A stretch of DNA of 41,753 bases from Candidatus Doudnabacteria bacterium (GCA_023246055.1 JAHFJD010000004.1:1-41753), one strand, 5' to 3'; numbered from the stretch's first letter, positions 28,375 to 40,087 are shown. Made by a program: numbers and translations. The notes: generated by a model not told the origin, from the letters alone.

Positions 28375-29127
28375 ATGTACGAAAAACAACTCAAAATTGC
28401 CATCGCCGCAGTAAAAGCATCGGAAAAAACCTTCCGGAAATATTTTGGCACTAAAACAAAACTGCAAAATAAATCCGGCGATTTTCGAAACCTCGTGTCT
28501 TTAGCGGACAAAACCATTGAAAAAGAAATCAGGAAATATATTCTTACCAAATTTCCTAAGCATGGGTTTGTTGGTGAAGAGAACGGCAGTGTGAATCGAA
28601 AGGCAGAGTTCAAATGGGTGCTTGACCCGATAGACGGCACCTCGAACTACATCAACGGACTATCGAGTTGCGTCATCTCCCTAGCGCTTTTAAAAAAAGA
28701 AAAAACGGTGCTGGCTGTCGTGTATGTGCCAATGTTGCGGGAATTGTATACAGCTATTCTGGGACAAGGAGCCTTATGCAATGGCCAACCCGTTCGCGTA
28801 TCAAATAAAACGGATTTACATCTCGGCTTTGGAGCCCTCGGCTGGAGCAGAGACATAAAATTTGCAGTTAGACTGTTTTCCAAGCTTCTCCCCAAAGTCT
28901 TGAGCCTGCGCGTCGCAGGATCGGGAACATTTACCCTCTGCAATGTCGCCAAGGGTAATTATGATTTTTTTGTTGGAAAAGGCAATCCTGCAATTTGGGA
29001 TATCGTGGCTGGCGAGCTGATAGTAAAAGAAGCGGGAGGAGCAGTAGTAAACCTCAAAAAAAAACCGCCAATACAAATCGCAGCTAACAAAATGCTGGCC
29101 GCGAAAATATTCAAACTTTTCAAATAA
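28375..29127 (+). CDS. suhB: inositol monophosphatase family protein
   Basis: GEE, WVLDPIDGTSNY, WDIVAG. Confidence 0.85.
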   Translation: MYEKQLKIAIAAVKASEKTFRKYFGTKTKLQNKSGDFRNLVSLADKTIEKEIRKYILTKFPKHGFVGEENGSVNRKAEFKWVLDPIDGTSNYINGLSSCVISLALLKKEKTVLAVVYVPMLRELYTAILGQGALCNGQPVRVSNKTDLHLGFGALGWSRDIKFAVRLFSKLLPKVLSLRVAGSGTFTLCNVAKGNYDFFVGKGNPAIWDIVAGELIVKEAGGAVVNLKKKPPIQIAANKMLAAKIFKLFK

Positions 29128-29134
29128 TCCGATC

Positions 29135-29168
29135 TCCGCATTTTTATGCAATTGCATAAAAATGCGGA
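29135..29168. repeat. 34-bp perfect spacer-less palindrome
   Basis: TCCGCATTTTTATGCAA|TTGCATAAAAATGCGGA. Confidence 0.95.
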
Positions 29169-29174
29169 AAAAAA

Positions 29175-29648
29175 TTAACGGGGATTGTATTTTTTTTGTA
29201 GACGTGAAAAATCATCAGCCAGCCGTATGGCATCGTGAAGCTCTGGAGAGGAAACTTCCAAAACCTGCACGTTATCCTTCGGGGCTGATATCCGGTGAAC
29301 AGTCTGCGCCTGGCAATGAAACACCATTCCGGGTTTGGCTTGAAATTTTTTCATATCAAGAGCAATGGTTGGATGCCCTTCGAGAACCAGCCAGCTTTCA
29401 GCTTTGATCTTGTGCTTTTGCAGAGAAAACCTCTTACCCTTTTCAAAATACATTATTTTTCCGGCATAGCGGTTGGTAAAAATCAGCCACACCTCCCCGC
29501 CCCAAGGCTTTTCCTGAGCAATCGGCTTCACAAGGCCACTCCCACCCCGGTGTAGAGCTTTGCTCACAGCAAATCCGTCTTTGTAGATTTTTATTTTTCC
29601 AAAACGTTTTTCGATGAGCTTGCGGATTGCGGAATTCATAACTTTCAC
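29175..29648 (-). CDS. cupin (mannose-6-phosphate isomerase-like)
   Basis: EKPWG.E, SLQKH..K.E, HRI, EVSSPEL.D.IRL.DD. Confidence 0.85.
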   Translation of the reverse strand: MKVMNSAIRKLIEKRFGKIKIYKDGFAVSKALHRGGSGLVKPIAQEKPWGGEVWLIFTNRYAGKIMYFEKGKRFSLQKHKIKAESWLVLEGHPTIALDMKKFQAKPGMVFHCQAQTVHRISAPKDNVQVLEVSSPELHDAIRLADDFSRLQKKYNPR

Positions 29649-29680
29649 CCCTCCCTTGCCCTCCCCCTCAAGGGGAGGGA
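29645..29680. repeat. family A half element filling the gap-cupin intergenic space
   Basis: TCACCCCTCCCTTG-CCCTCCCCTCAAGGGGAGGG; nearly identical to one half of the tdh inserts. Confidence 0.9.
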
Positions 29681-29681
29681 A

Positions 29682-30698
29682 TTATGTACTGATTCGATTA
29701 GCTAGATATTCGAGAAGGCTAGTGAGCTGGGTGACATAGCCCCATTCATTGTCATACCAGGCCAGGACGTTTACAAACGAGCCGTCCACGACCTCTGTGG
29801 ACAGCAAATCAATAGTCGCACCGGCAGGGTTGCCCTGATAATCGCGCGACACCAGGGGCAGGTCAGAAACCGCGAGTTGGCCTTTGAGATGAGTCTTACT
29901 GGCTTTGATAAATGCATCGTTAATAGTTTTTGCCATGGTCTTTTTATTCAATTGTGCGGAAAAGGCAAGAACGGACGGATCAAGCACTGGCACACGAAAC
30001 GACATGCCGGAAATTTTATCTTTAAGCTTTGGGAACATCTTGCCAATGGTTTGGGTGACACCTGTGGTTGATGGAATGATCGACTGACTTGCGGCCCTGG
30101 CGCGTCGCAAATCTCTATGGGAGTTGTCCACCAAGCTTTGATCAGATGTAAAGGCATGGACTGTGTTGATGAAACCCCGCTGGATGCCGAAATTTTCTTC
30201 GAGGACTTTCACAACGAGCGAGGAACAGATAGAGGTGCATGAGGCCCCGGATATTATTTTGTGCTTTTTTGGATCAAAAGTTTTGTGATTTACCCCGTAA
30301 ACCAGCGTGGCTTCTAGGTCGTGGCCGGGCGCGCTCACCACCACGTACCTGGCGCCGGCTTTAATATGCTGTGCGGCTTCTGCACGATTCTTATGTTTTC
30401 CGGTAGCGTCCAAGACCAAGTCGGTTTTGTACTTCCGCCAGGGCAAATCAAAGCTCTCGGTTTCTTGGATGAATGGAACGGCCTTGCCTTCAATAACTAA
30501 ATTCTTTCCCTTCACCTTCACTTCTTTGTCCCACAAGCCATAGGTAGAATCATATTTGAGAAGGTGCGCGTAGGTTTCGAGATCGGAACGGCTGTTGCTA
30601 GCCACAATCTCAAAATGCGGATTATTCCAGGCAATCCGGAGAAATATCCGGCCGATTCTCCCCAGTCCATTTATCGCAAGTCTAATTGGTTTTGCCAT
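29682..30698 (-). CDS. gap: type I glyceraldehyde-3-phosphate dehydrogenase
   Basis: INGLGRIGR, ASCT, WYDNEWGY. Confidence 0.93.
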   Translation of the reverse strand: MAKPIRLAINGLGRIGRIFLRIAWNNPHFEIVASNSRSDLETYAHLLKYDSTYGLWDKEVKVKGKNLVIEGKAVPFIQETESFDLPWRKYKTDLVLDATGKHKNRAEAAQHIKAGARYVVVSAPGHDLEATLVYGVNHKTFDPKKHKIISGASCTSICSSLVVKVLEENFGIQRGFINTVHAFTSDQSLVDNSHRDLRRARAASQSIIPSTTGVTQTIGKMFPKLKDKISGMSFRVPVLDPSVLAFSAQLNKKTMAKTINDAFIKASKTHLKGQLAVSDLPLVSRDYQGNPAGATIDLLSTEVVDGSFVNVLAWYDNEWGYVTQLTSLLEYLANRIST

Positions 30699-30730
30699 CT
30701 AGCTTATTCCTTATTAGCTTAATGCTTAAC

Positions 30731-30806
30731 TTTATCCCGTTCAAAATCACGCCCGCGCTTACGCGCCCGAAGGGCCTGGGGGCGGGACTATTTTGAACGG
30801 GATAAA
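30731..30806. repeat. family C-like element with 17-bp inverted ends, overlapping the pgk 3' end
   Basis: TTTATCCCGTTCAAAAT...ATTTTGAACGGGATAAA. Confidence 0.75.
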
Positions 30807-32020
30807 TATTTCATCACCGGAAATTCTTTGCCCGCCAAGAACTCTAACGAAGCTCCCCCACCGGTCGAAACATGCGTAAACTTTCCTTGCCAGCCATAGC
30901 GCTCCACAATGCTTTCCGTATCGCCTCCCCCGATCACTGTTATGGCGGAGCTTCCGATCATGGCTTCGGCGATTTTTTTCGTGCCGATCGCAAACCGCTC
31001 TTCTTCAAACACTCCCATCGGCCCGTTGGCAAAAATCATTTTGGCGGTTTTTAAAATGTCTGAATAAAGGTCGATCGTCCGTGGACCGATGTCAAAATAA
31101 GACCAATTTTTTTCAAGGTGTTCGCCGGTGTCGAGATTTACCACTCTAATGTCCGAACTTTCGCCACTCTCCGCAGAAAGCATATCAATAGGCAGCACTA
31201 TTTTATCGCCTGCTTCTTGGAGCAGTCTCCTGCAAATTTCCAGATAATCCTGCTTCTCCCCCCGGGAGGCATCTACAAATACGTCCTCTACCTTTGATTT
31301 TTCAACAGCCATCCCTTTAGCCTTAAAGAAAGTGTTCGCGAGAGCTCCGCCGATTAGAATCCTGTCAGCCTTATGAATTAGGTTCTGCAGCACACCGACG
31401 CGATCAGAAATCTTGGCCCCGCCCTGCACCGCCACAAACGGATGTTTTGGTGCTTCCAATAATTCAGAAAGGATTCGGATTTCCTTTTCAAACAAAAACC
31501 CGCAACAGGATGGTAAAATTTCTAAAATTCCAGTGGTAGACGCATGAATCCGCATGGCTTGCGCAAAACCCTCATAAACAATAAATTCAAAACCTTTACA
31601 TAATTGTTTTGCAAATTCCGGGTCGGCGGCTTCTTCCTCGGGATGAAAACGGACATTCTCGAGCATAGTCAATTCCCCAGGCTTCATAGCTTTGATCTGC
31701 TTTTCCACCTCTGAACCGACACATTCTGAAAGTGCCTTGACCGGACGGCCAAGCAGTTTGGATAATCTGTCTGCGATCGGTTTTGTGCGCATCCCCTCGA
31801 CAACTTTTCCACCCGGTCTGCGCACATATGTCAAAAAACCTATGGAACAGCCTTGCTGCAAAAGATATTCAATAGTTGGCAGAGTCGCGCGAATCCGCGT
31901 GTCATCCGGGACTATCCAACTGCCATTTTTCTCAGTCAAAGTAATGTCATAAGGCGCGCGCAGCAGAATTTTTTTACCTTGCACATCTGCCTCCTTCAGG
32001 GTTTTTAGATTATATTTCAC
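30788..32020 (-). CDS. pgk: phosphoglycerate kinase
   Basis: LENVRF, GGAKISD, NGPMGVFE, STGGGASLEFL. Confidence 0.95.
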   Translation of the reverse strand: MKYNLKTLKEADVQGKKILLRAPYDITLTEKNGSWIVPDDTRIRATLPTIEYLLQQGCSIGFLTYVRRPGGKVVEGMRTKPIADRLSKLLGRPVKALSECVGSEVEKQIKAMKPGELTMLENVRFHPEEEAADPEFAKQLCKGFEFIVYEGFAQAMRIHASTTGILEILPSCCGFLFEKEIRILSELLEAPKHPFVAVQGGAKISDRVGVLQNLIHKADRILIGGALANTFFKAKGMAVEKSKVEDVFVDASRGEKQDYLEICRRLLQEAGDKIVLPIDMLSAESGESSDIRVVNLDTGEHLEKNWSYFDIGPRTIDLYSDILKTAKMIFANGPMGVFEEERFAIGTKKIAEAMIGSSAITVIGGGDTESIVERYGWQGKFTHVSTGGGASLEFLAGKEFPVMKYLSRSK

Positions 32021-32097
32021 CCCGTTAGAAATCCTTGCGCTTAATTATCAAAGCTGCAAAAGTTTTTTCCATTCCATTAATTTGATTTCTAACGGGG
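32020..32097. repeat. family C MITE-like element
   Basis: 14-bp inverted ends CCCCGTTAGAAATC/GATTTCTAACGGGG, identical at 39723-39802. Confidence 0.9.
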
Positions 32098-32098
32098 C

Positions 32099-32944
32099 TC
32101 ATACTTTAAATTCCTTCATAACCTCTGCATAAATCTGTGGAGTAGAAACGTCATGCCACTCGCCCTCAAACGGATAACCGTATAGTTTGCCCTCACTAGC
32201 CAACCTGGGAAATAGATCTTGCTCAAGCCGCAAGGATTTGGAACCAATATATTTAAACACCCCCGGATCTAGAACGTAAATTCCTGCATTGATAAGGTGC
32301 GAACGAGTTTTGTTTTTCGGTTTTTCCACGAAATCTTTGATGCGATTACCTTCAATCGCGGCCACGCCCCACATGGATGGGTGCTCGACAGAAGCGAGCG
32401 CCATGGTGGCGATGCCGCGGTGAGAATTATGAAAATCCAGGAGGTCAAGAAAATTAATTTTTGTCAGAACATCCCCGTAGACAACCAAAAAAGGTTCTTG
32501 AGATAAATATTCTTTGGCTTGCAAGAGCGGCTGGGCTGTGCCGTTTCGACTCTCGGCTTGCTCAATATATTTGATACGAACCCCCAGTCTCGCGCCGTCG
32601 CCAAAATAATCTTTGATTTTTTTGCCAAGGTGCGCGACGGAGACATAAATATCAGTGAGGCTCTGTTCTTTAAGCGCGAGGAGCGTATGCTCTAAAAGCG
32701 GGCGGCCGTTTATCGGAAGGAGGGATTTGGGAAGCTCGTTCGTTAACGGACGAAATTTCACACCTTCTCCGCCGGCCAAAATCAAAACCTTTGTCGATTG
32801 CGGTACGAGGCAGCTCGACAGCAAATACTCGATCGCGTGCGAGCGGTTGCGGATTTTTGATCCGTCTATAGCAGCATCAACACGCTTCAGGATGTCTTCA
32901 TCAAGGGTTATGGTCAGGCGGGTTTTTGGCATATTAACATTCAT
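32099..32944 (-). CDS. NDP-sugar pyrophosphorylase-like nucleotidyltransferase with N-terminal ribbon-helix-helix
   Basis: RLTITLD...RNRSHAIE; ILAGG.G..FRPLT..PK; EKP. Confidence 0.88.
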   Translation of the reverse strand: MNVNMPKTRLTITLDEDILKRVDAAIDGSKIRNRSHAIEYLLSSCLVPQSTKVLILAGGEGVKFRPLTNELPKSLLPINGRPLLEHTLLALKEQSLTDIYVSVAHLGKKIKDYFGDGARLGVRIKYIEQAESRNGTAQPLLQAKEYLSQEPFLVVYGDVLTKINFLDLLDFHNSHRGIATMALASVEHPSMWGVAAIEGNRIKDFVEKPKNKTRSHLINAGIYVLDPGVFKYIGSKSLRLEQDLFPRLASEGKLYGYPFEGEWHDVSTPQIYAEVMKEFKV

Positions 32945-33077
32945 ACGGTATCATATTTACTCACATTGGGGCAACTCACAATATAAAAAGAAAGGCCACT
33001 TGGAGGGAGTGGCCGTGGTGATGCGAAGATTGGGGGTTTGGTGCGAGTTGTGGTCCATCAGGGGTGTTGGGGGGTTA

Positions 33078-33314
33078 TTAGGTATGATTGCAGAATTCGG
33101 TAAGATGGAGGGTGGCTTCGCGCCAGTTAAAGAGGGTGTCGGTGAGGTGTTCGGGAAATTGCTTTATGTAAGCGTGTGGTAGTTGGGGTAGATGTTGTAT
33201 TTGTGGGTGGTGTGTTTGGGGTTCAGTAAAAACAATTTCTCGGTGGTTTGGGACACCGTCCTCAATTTCTTTTCGCATTTTTATGATTCCTCCTGCTAGT
33301 TCATACATTATCAT
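33078..33314 (-). CDS. doubtful Pro/His/Gln-rich hypothetical protein
   Basis: ORF in a strongly strand-skewed region; GCAGGAGG SD before an internal ATG. Confidence 0.35.
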   Translation of the reverse strand: MIMYELAGGIIKMRKEIEDGVPNHREIVFTEPQTHHPQIQHLPQLPHAYIKQFPEHLTDTLFNWREATLHLTEFCNHT

Positions 33315-33405
33315 ACCCTATCATACTCTGTCTAGGGCAGTTATCCACACTTCTCCGATAAAGCTTCGAAGTGCTTGGCACCGCAAACAAAAACCCCCTT
33401 TTCTA

Positions 33406-33522
33406 AGGGGGCAACGACCTACTTTCCCAACCGCATCGCGCGGCAGTATCATCGGCGCTGACGTCTTTCACGGCCGGGTTCGGGATGAGACCGGGTGGTT
33501 CAACGTCGCAAATGTCACCCTA
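33406..33522 (-). rRNA. rrf: 5S rRNA
   Basis: CCCGAAC, CGCCGATGATACTG and GGGAAAGTAGG 5S motifs; flanked by a long complementary processing stem. Confidence 0.93.
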
Positions 33523-33708
33523 GAAAAGGGGGTTTTGACTTTGGAGGGGCAAACCCAGAAGGGTTTTTCCCCTTCCAACGGCCTCCCCTTTCCAATGTCA
33601 TCCAGGACACTAGCCAAGCTAGATGTCCTGGATTTAATTTGTGAAATGAGTAATTTTCCTGCCGAAGAGGCAGGATGGCTAACAATCATGAACTGCTAGT
33701 CAAACTAG

Positions 33709-33797
33709 TGGAAGTTGGAAGTGGGAGATGGGAAGTGGGAAAGAAGATTCCAGAGCTTCTCTATCCAACCTCTAACCTCTCACTTCCAACCTCCAAC
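33709..33797. repeat. heptamer-repeat hairpin (GGAAGTK...CMAACCT) abutting the 23S 3' end
   Basis: Tandem 7-mers followed by their complements. Confidence 0.75.
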
Positions 33798-34101
33798 ACT
33801 AAAACACTTTCGGTTGATTAGTAACGCTCGGCTGAATCCCTTACGGGACTTATACCTGCGCCCTATTAACGGGGTCGTCTCCCCCGAACCTCTCATTCCG
33901 CCTTGCGGCGGAACAACGACACTTAATCTTGAGGACGGCTTCGCGCTTATATGCCTTCAGCGCTTATCCAAACTAGGGTTTAGCTACCCGGCAATGCCCT
34001 TGACAGGACAACCGGTACACCAGAGCCCTATTCATCCCGGTCCTCTCGTACTAGGAATGAACCCTCTCAAGTATCGAACGCCCACAGCAGATAAGGACCA
34101 A

Positions 34102-34477
34102 CAATCATGTTACTTCGTAACAAAATTTCTAATTACTAATTTCTAAATAAATCCCAATGATTTAATTTCAAAATTAGAAACATTATTACGTGGCATGGAC
34201 ATTTCTGCCATGCTCTCTATGTCGCCATAGAGTTCAGACTATATCTTTACTCTCCTGTCATCCTCGGGCTTGACCCGGGGATCCAGAACTGGATTCCCGC
34301 CTTCGCGGGAATGACATCGAAAGATGTTGAGCGTGTAGTCGTTGAGGGTTCCTTAAAAAATTAAGATCTTCCCTGCTGATAATCCGCAATCGAAGATTAT
34401 TACGCAATAAATTACGTACTCCAATATACACGGGTTTTCCAGCATATAGCTCAATTTATAGACAGCTTTGGTCACTC
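34102..34477 (-). ncRNA. group I intron after U2604 (E. coli numbering), no ORF
   Basis: 5' exon ends in U, intron ends in G; IGS GCUGUCU pairs with exon AGACAGU; P10 GACCAA pairs with 3' exon UUGGUC; R CAACGACUAC, S GAUAUAGUC. Confidence 0.93.
34257..34315. repeat. family B element in P8 of the L2604 intron
   Basis: Approximate reverse complement of 20655-20710. Confidence 0.9.
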
Positions 34478-34570
34478 ACTGTCTCACGACGTTTTGAACC
34501 CAGCTCGCGTACCACTTTAATAGGCGAACAGCCTAACCCTTGGTAGCTTCTTCACCACCAGGATGTGATG

Positions 34571-35437
<867 letters not shown>

Positions 35438-35641
35438 TAGAGTAGCTTTTATCCGTTGAGCTTCCACCATACCACTATGGATGGTCGGATCACTAACTTC
35501 CACTTTCGTGCCTGCGCGGCGTGCTTGCCTTGCAGTTAAGCCAGCTTATGCGTTTGCACGACCAGCGCGATTTCCATCCGCGCCTAGCTGACCTTTAAAC
35601 GCCTCCGTTACCTTTTAGGCAATTATGTTACTCGTTCTTCT

Positions 35642-35722
35642 TTCTCCCCTTCGTGAGGGGGAGATTAAGAGGGGGTTATGGAATTCATAACCTCCCCTAG
35701 CCCCTCCTCACGAGGAGGGGAA
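35642..35722. repeat. family A pair in the P9 region of the L2262 intron
   Basis: Same architecture as 24764-24865. Confidence 0.85.
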
Positions 35723-35792
35723 CGGGTACGCGCATTTCTGCCGCACTCTGCATGTCGCCATGCAGTTCAGACTATATCACTATCCTCACCTT

Positions 35793-35864
35793 GTCATGCC
35801 CGACCTGATCGGGCATCCAGACACAAAGGACTGGATTCCTCCGCCTTAGGCGGACGGGAATGAC
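35793..35864. repeat. family B element in P8 of the L2262 intron
   Basis: GTCATGCCCG...CTGGATTCC[TCCGCCTTAGGCGGA]CGGGAATGAC. Confidence 0.85.
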
Positions 35865-35913
35865 AGAAAAGGATACTCGGCGTGTAGTCGTTGAGGATTA
35901 TAATTTATGCTTA

Positions 35914-36156
35914 TCAAGATTCAGGTTGTCTATTCTCCAACCAATCTTTAATTGATGTTTTAACACCAACTACTATTCCGTTTTCAGTTATGGCCTCTTC
36001 ACCGGGTCTGAAAGCATAAAATTTACCTTCCGGCGAGATGACCCCCAGTCTGCCTTTTGCAGTAGTCCATTCTCCTTTTTCATTTTGACCAGGTTGAACC
36101 GTTAGTCTTTGTTCCGAGTCTGGACTAACTGAAAACTCTTTCCCTTTATTTGACAT
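35914..36156 (-). CDS. 80-aa intron-encoded protein of unknown function
   Basis: ATG with AGGAAAGGA SD; fills L6 exactly; same strand as the rRNA. Confidence 0.65.
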   Translation of the reverse strand: MSNKGKEFSVSPDSEQRLTVQPGQNEKGEWTTAKGRLGVISPEGKFYAFRPGEEAITENGIVVGVKTSIKDWLENRQPES

Positions 36157-36726
36157 AAATTATCCTTTCCTGCTGGTTGTCTGCACCAAGCTGATTTTCA
36201 CTTTGGCACATAAACCATTAATTAGGTTTATTATACCAAAGTACAGTTGGATACTCCAGATGTTCCAGCATATAGCCAAGTTTTTTTCTTCTAATGTTGC
36301 CATTAGAGGGCCCGGTATGACGCTTCCTCGACAAAAAGTCAAGGCGTAACGTATCGCGCCATACTTCCAGGCAACCGCCCCAGTTAAACTACCCACGAGC
36401 CACTGTCCCTGTGATGGTTAATCACGGGTTAGAATCAAAATTCATTCAGGGTGGTATTTCATATTGCGACTCCTCTCGAGCTAGCGCCCGAGACTCAAAG
36501 TCTCCCACCTATACTAAACAGAACAAATCTTGACCCAATGACACGCTATAGTAAAGCTTCATAGGGTCTTTCCGTCTTGCTGCGGGTAAACGGCATCTTT
36601 ACCGATAATGCAAATTCATCGAGCTATTTGTTAAGACAGTCCCCCACTCGTTATGCCATTCGTGCGGGTCGTAACTTACACGACAAGGAATTTCGCTCGG
36701 ACCATTGTTACTCATTCCGTGTAATA

Positions 36727-36817
36727 TTCCTCCCCCTCGATGGGGGAGGTTAGGTTAGGTGGGGGTGATTATTTAATAATTCACCCTTCCCTTGCCCCTC
36801 CCATCAAGGGAGGGGAA
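36727..36817. repeat. family A pair in the P9 region of the L1931 intron
   Basis: CCTCCCCC/GGGGGAGG...GGGTGA and TCACCC...CCCCTCCC/GGGAGGGG. Confidence 0.85.
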
Positions 36818-36898
36818 TAAATCCCGGAATTGGTGCGATCGTTTCCGTCGCACTCTCTGTGTCGCCACAGAGCTCGGACTCTATCTTCATCTTTGTCT

Positions 36899-36969
36899 GT
36901 CATCCCAAACTCGATTTGGGATCCACGTCATGAATTCCCTCCGCCAGATGGCGGATTCGCGGGAATGAC
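36899..36969. repeat. family B element in P8 of the L1931 intron
   Basis: GTCATCCC...GGGATCCA...ATTCCC[TCCGCCAGATGGCGGA]TTCGCGGGAATGAC. Confidence 0.85.
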
Positions 36970-38797
36970 AATCAAGAGGTGCAGCGTATAGTCTCTACGG
37001 GTTCGAATTACGTAATTAATTACGTAACAAGTCTTCCCTCGGAATTGTCTCATTGATGAGAGTTTTTCCGATATAGCTACATTTTACTATGGCAGCAAAA
37101 CCTTCTTTTCTGAAGTAAATTCCTCTACCATAGGACGATTATAGTTATCGCCGGCGTTCATCAGGGCTTGGCCCACCGGGTTGCCCCAGCGGGTTTAACC
37201 TTCTGACACTGGCCAGGCATCAGCCCGTATACATCAGCTTTTAGCTTTAGCACGGACCTGTGTTTTTGTTAAACAGTCGGGAGGGGGTCATTCGCTGCGA
37301 CCCCGTGTGATAGCGCTTGCGCGACATCACATGGGGCAGGCCATATACCGAAGGTACGGCCGCTTTTTTGCCGAGTTCCTGAACAAATATTGTCTCGTTC
37401 GCCTGAGGATACTCTCCTCATCCACCGGTGTCGGTTTGCGGTACGGTTGGCGCGAAATGTAAGGTTCGAACCTTTTCTTGGCACCTTGGGTCACACAAAT
37501 TTCCCTTGCGGGATTTCTCCAAATTTTCTAGCTTGTCCCGATAAATCGGAACGGCCTTCCGGATTTGCCTGAAAGACCATAGCTCTACGAATTCAGAAAC
37601 CTAAATAGTCAGATTAGGCTTGCACTACCATGATGCGTCAATCCGAAACAAATTTCGCGTCAGCGACGGAATATCAACCGTCTCATCCATCGCACGGCAC
37701 CATTGGGCACCGCACTTAGGGCCGGCTAACCCTGGGCTGATAAGCATTGCCCAGGAAACCTTGGATATTCGGCGTGCAGGATTCTCACCTGCATAATAAT
37801 TACTTATCCCAACATTCTCTCTTGTGAGCGCTCCACCGGCTCTCGCGAGTCCGACTTCGCAGCTGCTCACAATGCTCCTCTACCCCCTGCGCCTTGCGGC
37901 GCAGAGTCGTGTTTTCGGTACAAAGCTTAGCCCCTATACATTGTCGGCGCCCCTGTCCCTCTCCGCCTTCCGTAAAGTTGGCGGAGATTCGAGTAGTGAG
38001 TTGTTACACACTCTTTAAAGGGTGGCTACCTCTAAGCCAACCTCCTACCTGTCTTGGGACAGAAACATCCTTTACACTATAGCTTTGATTTGGGGACCTT
38101 AAACGACGATCTGGGCTCTTTCCCTTTGGACACATGAAGCTTAGACCTCACGGTCTGACTCCTCCGCATACGTTCCTGGTATTCAGAGTTTGATTCGAAC
38201 GAACGACTTGCGCCGCTCGATCCGATTCAGTGCTTTACCCCCAGAAACAAAACGGAAGGCTAGCCCTAAAGCTATTTCGAGGAGAACCAGCTATCACCCA
38301 GTTCGATTGGAATTTCTCCCCTACTCACAGCTCATCCCCTATTTTTGCAACAATAGTGGGTTCGGACCTCCCCCAAGTTTTACCTTGAGTTCATCCTGGC
38401 CATGAGTAGCTCACCGGGTTTCGGGTCTAACGCATACCACCAACCAGCGCTTCGCGCTGGAAATATCGATATATCGAAATATCGAAATCTCCAGTGCGTT
38501 AGCACTGGCAACGGGCTATTAACCCTCGCTTTCACTACGTCTACGCCCGTGTGACGGGCTTAAACAAGCGATATACGTTAACTCGTTGGGTCATTCTTCA
38601 ATAGGCACGACGTTGCCCACTGCTTCGCAGATGGGAATTTCAAATTTCCAATATCAAATGTCAAATGAAATGCATAAAGTGCATCCTTTTGAAATTTGTA
38701 ATTTGGCATTTGACATTCCTAACTGCGGAGCAGTTAGAGCTTCGTCTCCTTGTAGATATACGGTTTCAGATACTATTTCATCGCCCTCACCGGGCTG

Positions 38798-38839
<42 letters not shown>

Positions 38840-39507
38840 AAAAAGTATTTAGTCTTAGATCGTAGTCGACCCAGTTTCGTGCAAGCTTTCACGTGTCTTG
38901 CACTACTTAAGAACCAATCAGGAAACAATTGTGGTCTTTCGCGTACGGGACTATCACCCTCTGTGGTCCGCCTTTCCAGGCAGGTTCTACTAGACAACAC
39001 AAGAAATTTTTCCCTCGCTTTTACAGAAGCGATCGATTGGTCTTGCGACCCCTTATTCACAACGGCTGTAACCTTTAAAGAAATGCAACTCCTAATAAAT
39101 TAGAAACTACACCCCCAACATGAATAAGGTTTGGACTGTTCCCCTTTCGCTCGCCACTACTAGGGGAATGCAACCGATCTCGCCTCGCTCGCTCGGAAAT
39201 CCAAATTACAAAATCCAAATGTCAAAATTTGACATTTGAAATTTGAGCTTTGTCATTCCGTATCGAACGAAGTGAGATACGGTAATTGTTTTCTTTTCCA
39301 CATGCTACTGAGATGTTTCACTTCGCATGGTACCCGAACTCTATATACCACTATAGAGACTTCCGAGGTTTACTCGGAAAGGTTTCCCCATTCGGACATC
39401 CCCGGATCAAAGCTTGTTTGCCAGCTCCCCGAGGCGTATCGCCGGCTCCTGCGTCCTTCATCGGCTTTTTGTGCCAAGGCATCCACCGTATACCCTTATC
39501 GGTGTTT

Positions 39508-39603
39508 TAGACTAAACGCAGACTTACACTGACTGAAACGCAGACTTACGCAGAAAAAATTCCGCGTTCGTCTGCGTCTAGTCCGCGTAGTTCCGCGTCT
39601 AGT
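39508..39603. repeat. ACGCAGA-repeat hairpin abutting the 23S 5' end
   Basis: About 10-nt tandem units followed by complementary TCYGCGT units. Confidence 0.75.
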
Positions 39604-39722
39604 AGTTGACTAGCAGTTCATAATCGCTAGCTTGATCGCCATCAGATCTTGAAGAAAAATCTGACGCGCGATCAATTTGAATTTTACCCCGACCAGTCAG
39701 ACTGGTCTGGGGTTGCCATTTA

Positions 39723-39802
39723 CCCCGTTAGAAATCCCGTTTGAGACGAGACGACTAATCGGGGTAAATCCCGTAAAAAATCAGCAAAGATTTCTAACGG
39801 GG
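39723..39802. repeat. family C MITE-like element in the rRNA leader
   Basis: Same 14-bp inverted ends as 32020-32097, with a different interior. Confidence 0.9.
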
Positions 39803-40087
39803 TTTACTCATTTCACCCACCTAAATTTCTTGAGAAATTTTGGCGGGTTCATCCCACCAAACGCGTTCGTTGGTTTGGTGAGATATATTCAGTTGTTAAA
39901 GTTCTTGCCATGCTTACTCACTTACCGCTTACTGCATACTACTCTTTACTCCCACAATCCACTCCGATCTAGATCGGGGTGAATTCTAGGAACAAATTCA
40001 ACACCAGATTTCGTATTTTCGTACAGATTCGCCCGCCTGCCAGACGCTTCTAGCGTCAGCGATTGCGGGCAGGTATTTCGTAGTACT

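Larger units (their letters stand above)
35620..36368 (-). ncRNA. group I intron after U2262, with a small ORF in L6
   Basis: Junction GGUUGCCU|CCUAAAAGG; terminal G; P AUGCUGG, Q AACCAGCAG, R CAACGACUAC, S GAUAUAGUC. Confidence 0.92.
36698..37126 (-). ncRNA. group I intron after U1931, no ORF
   Basis: Junction CUAUGGU|AGCGAAA; IGS GCCAUAG; P10 UUUUGCU; R UAGAGACUA, S GAUAGAGUC. Confidence 0.93.
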
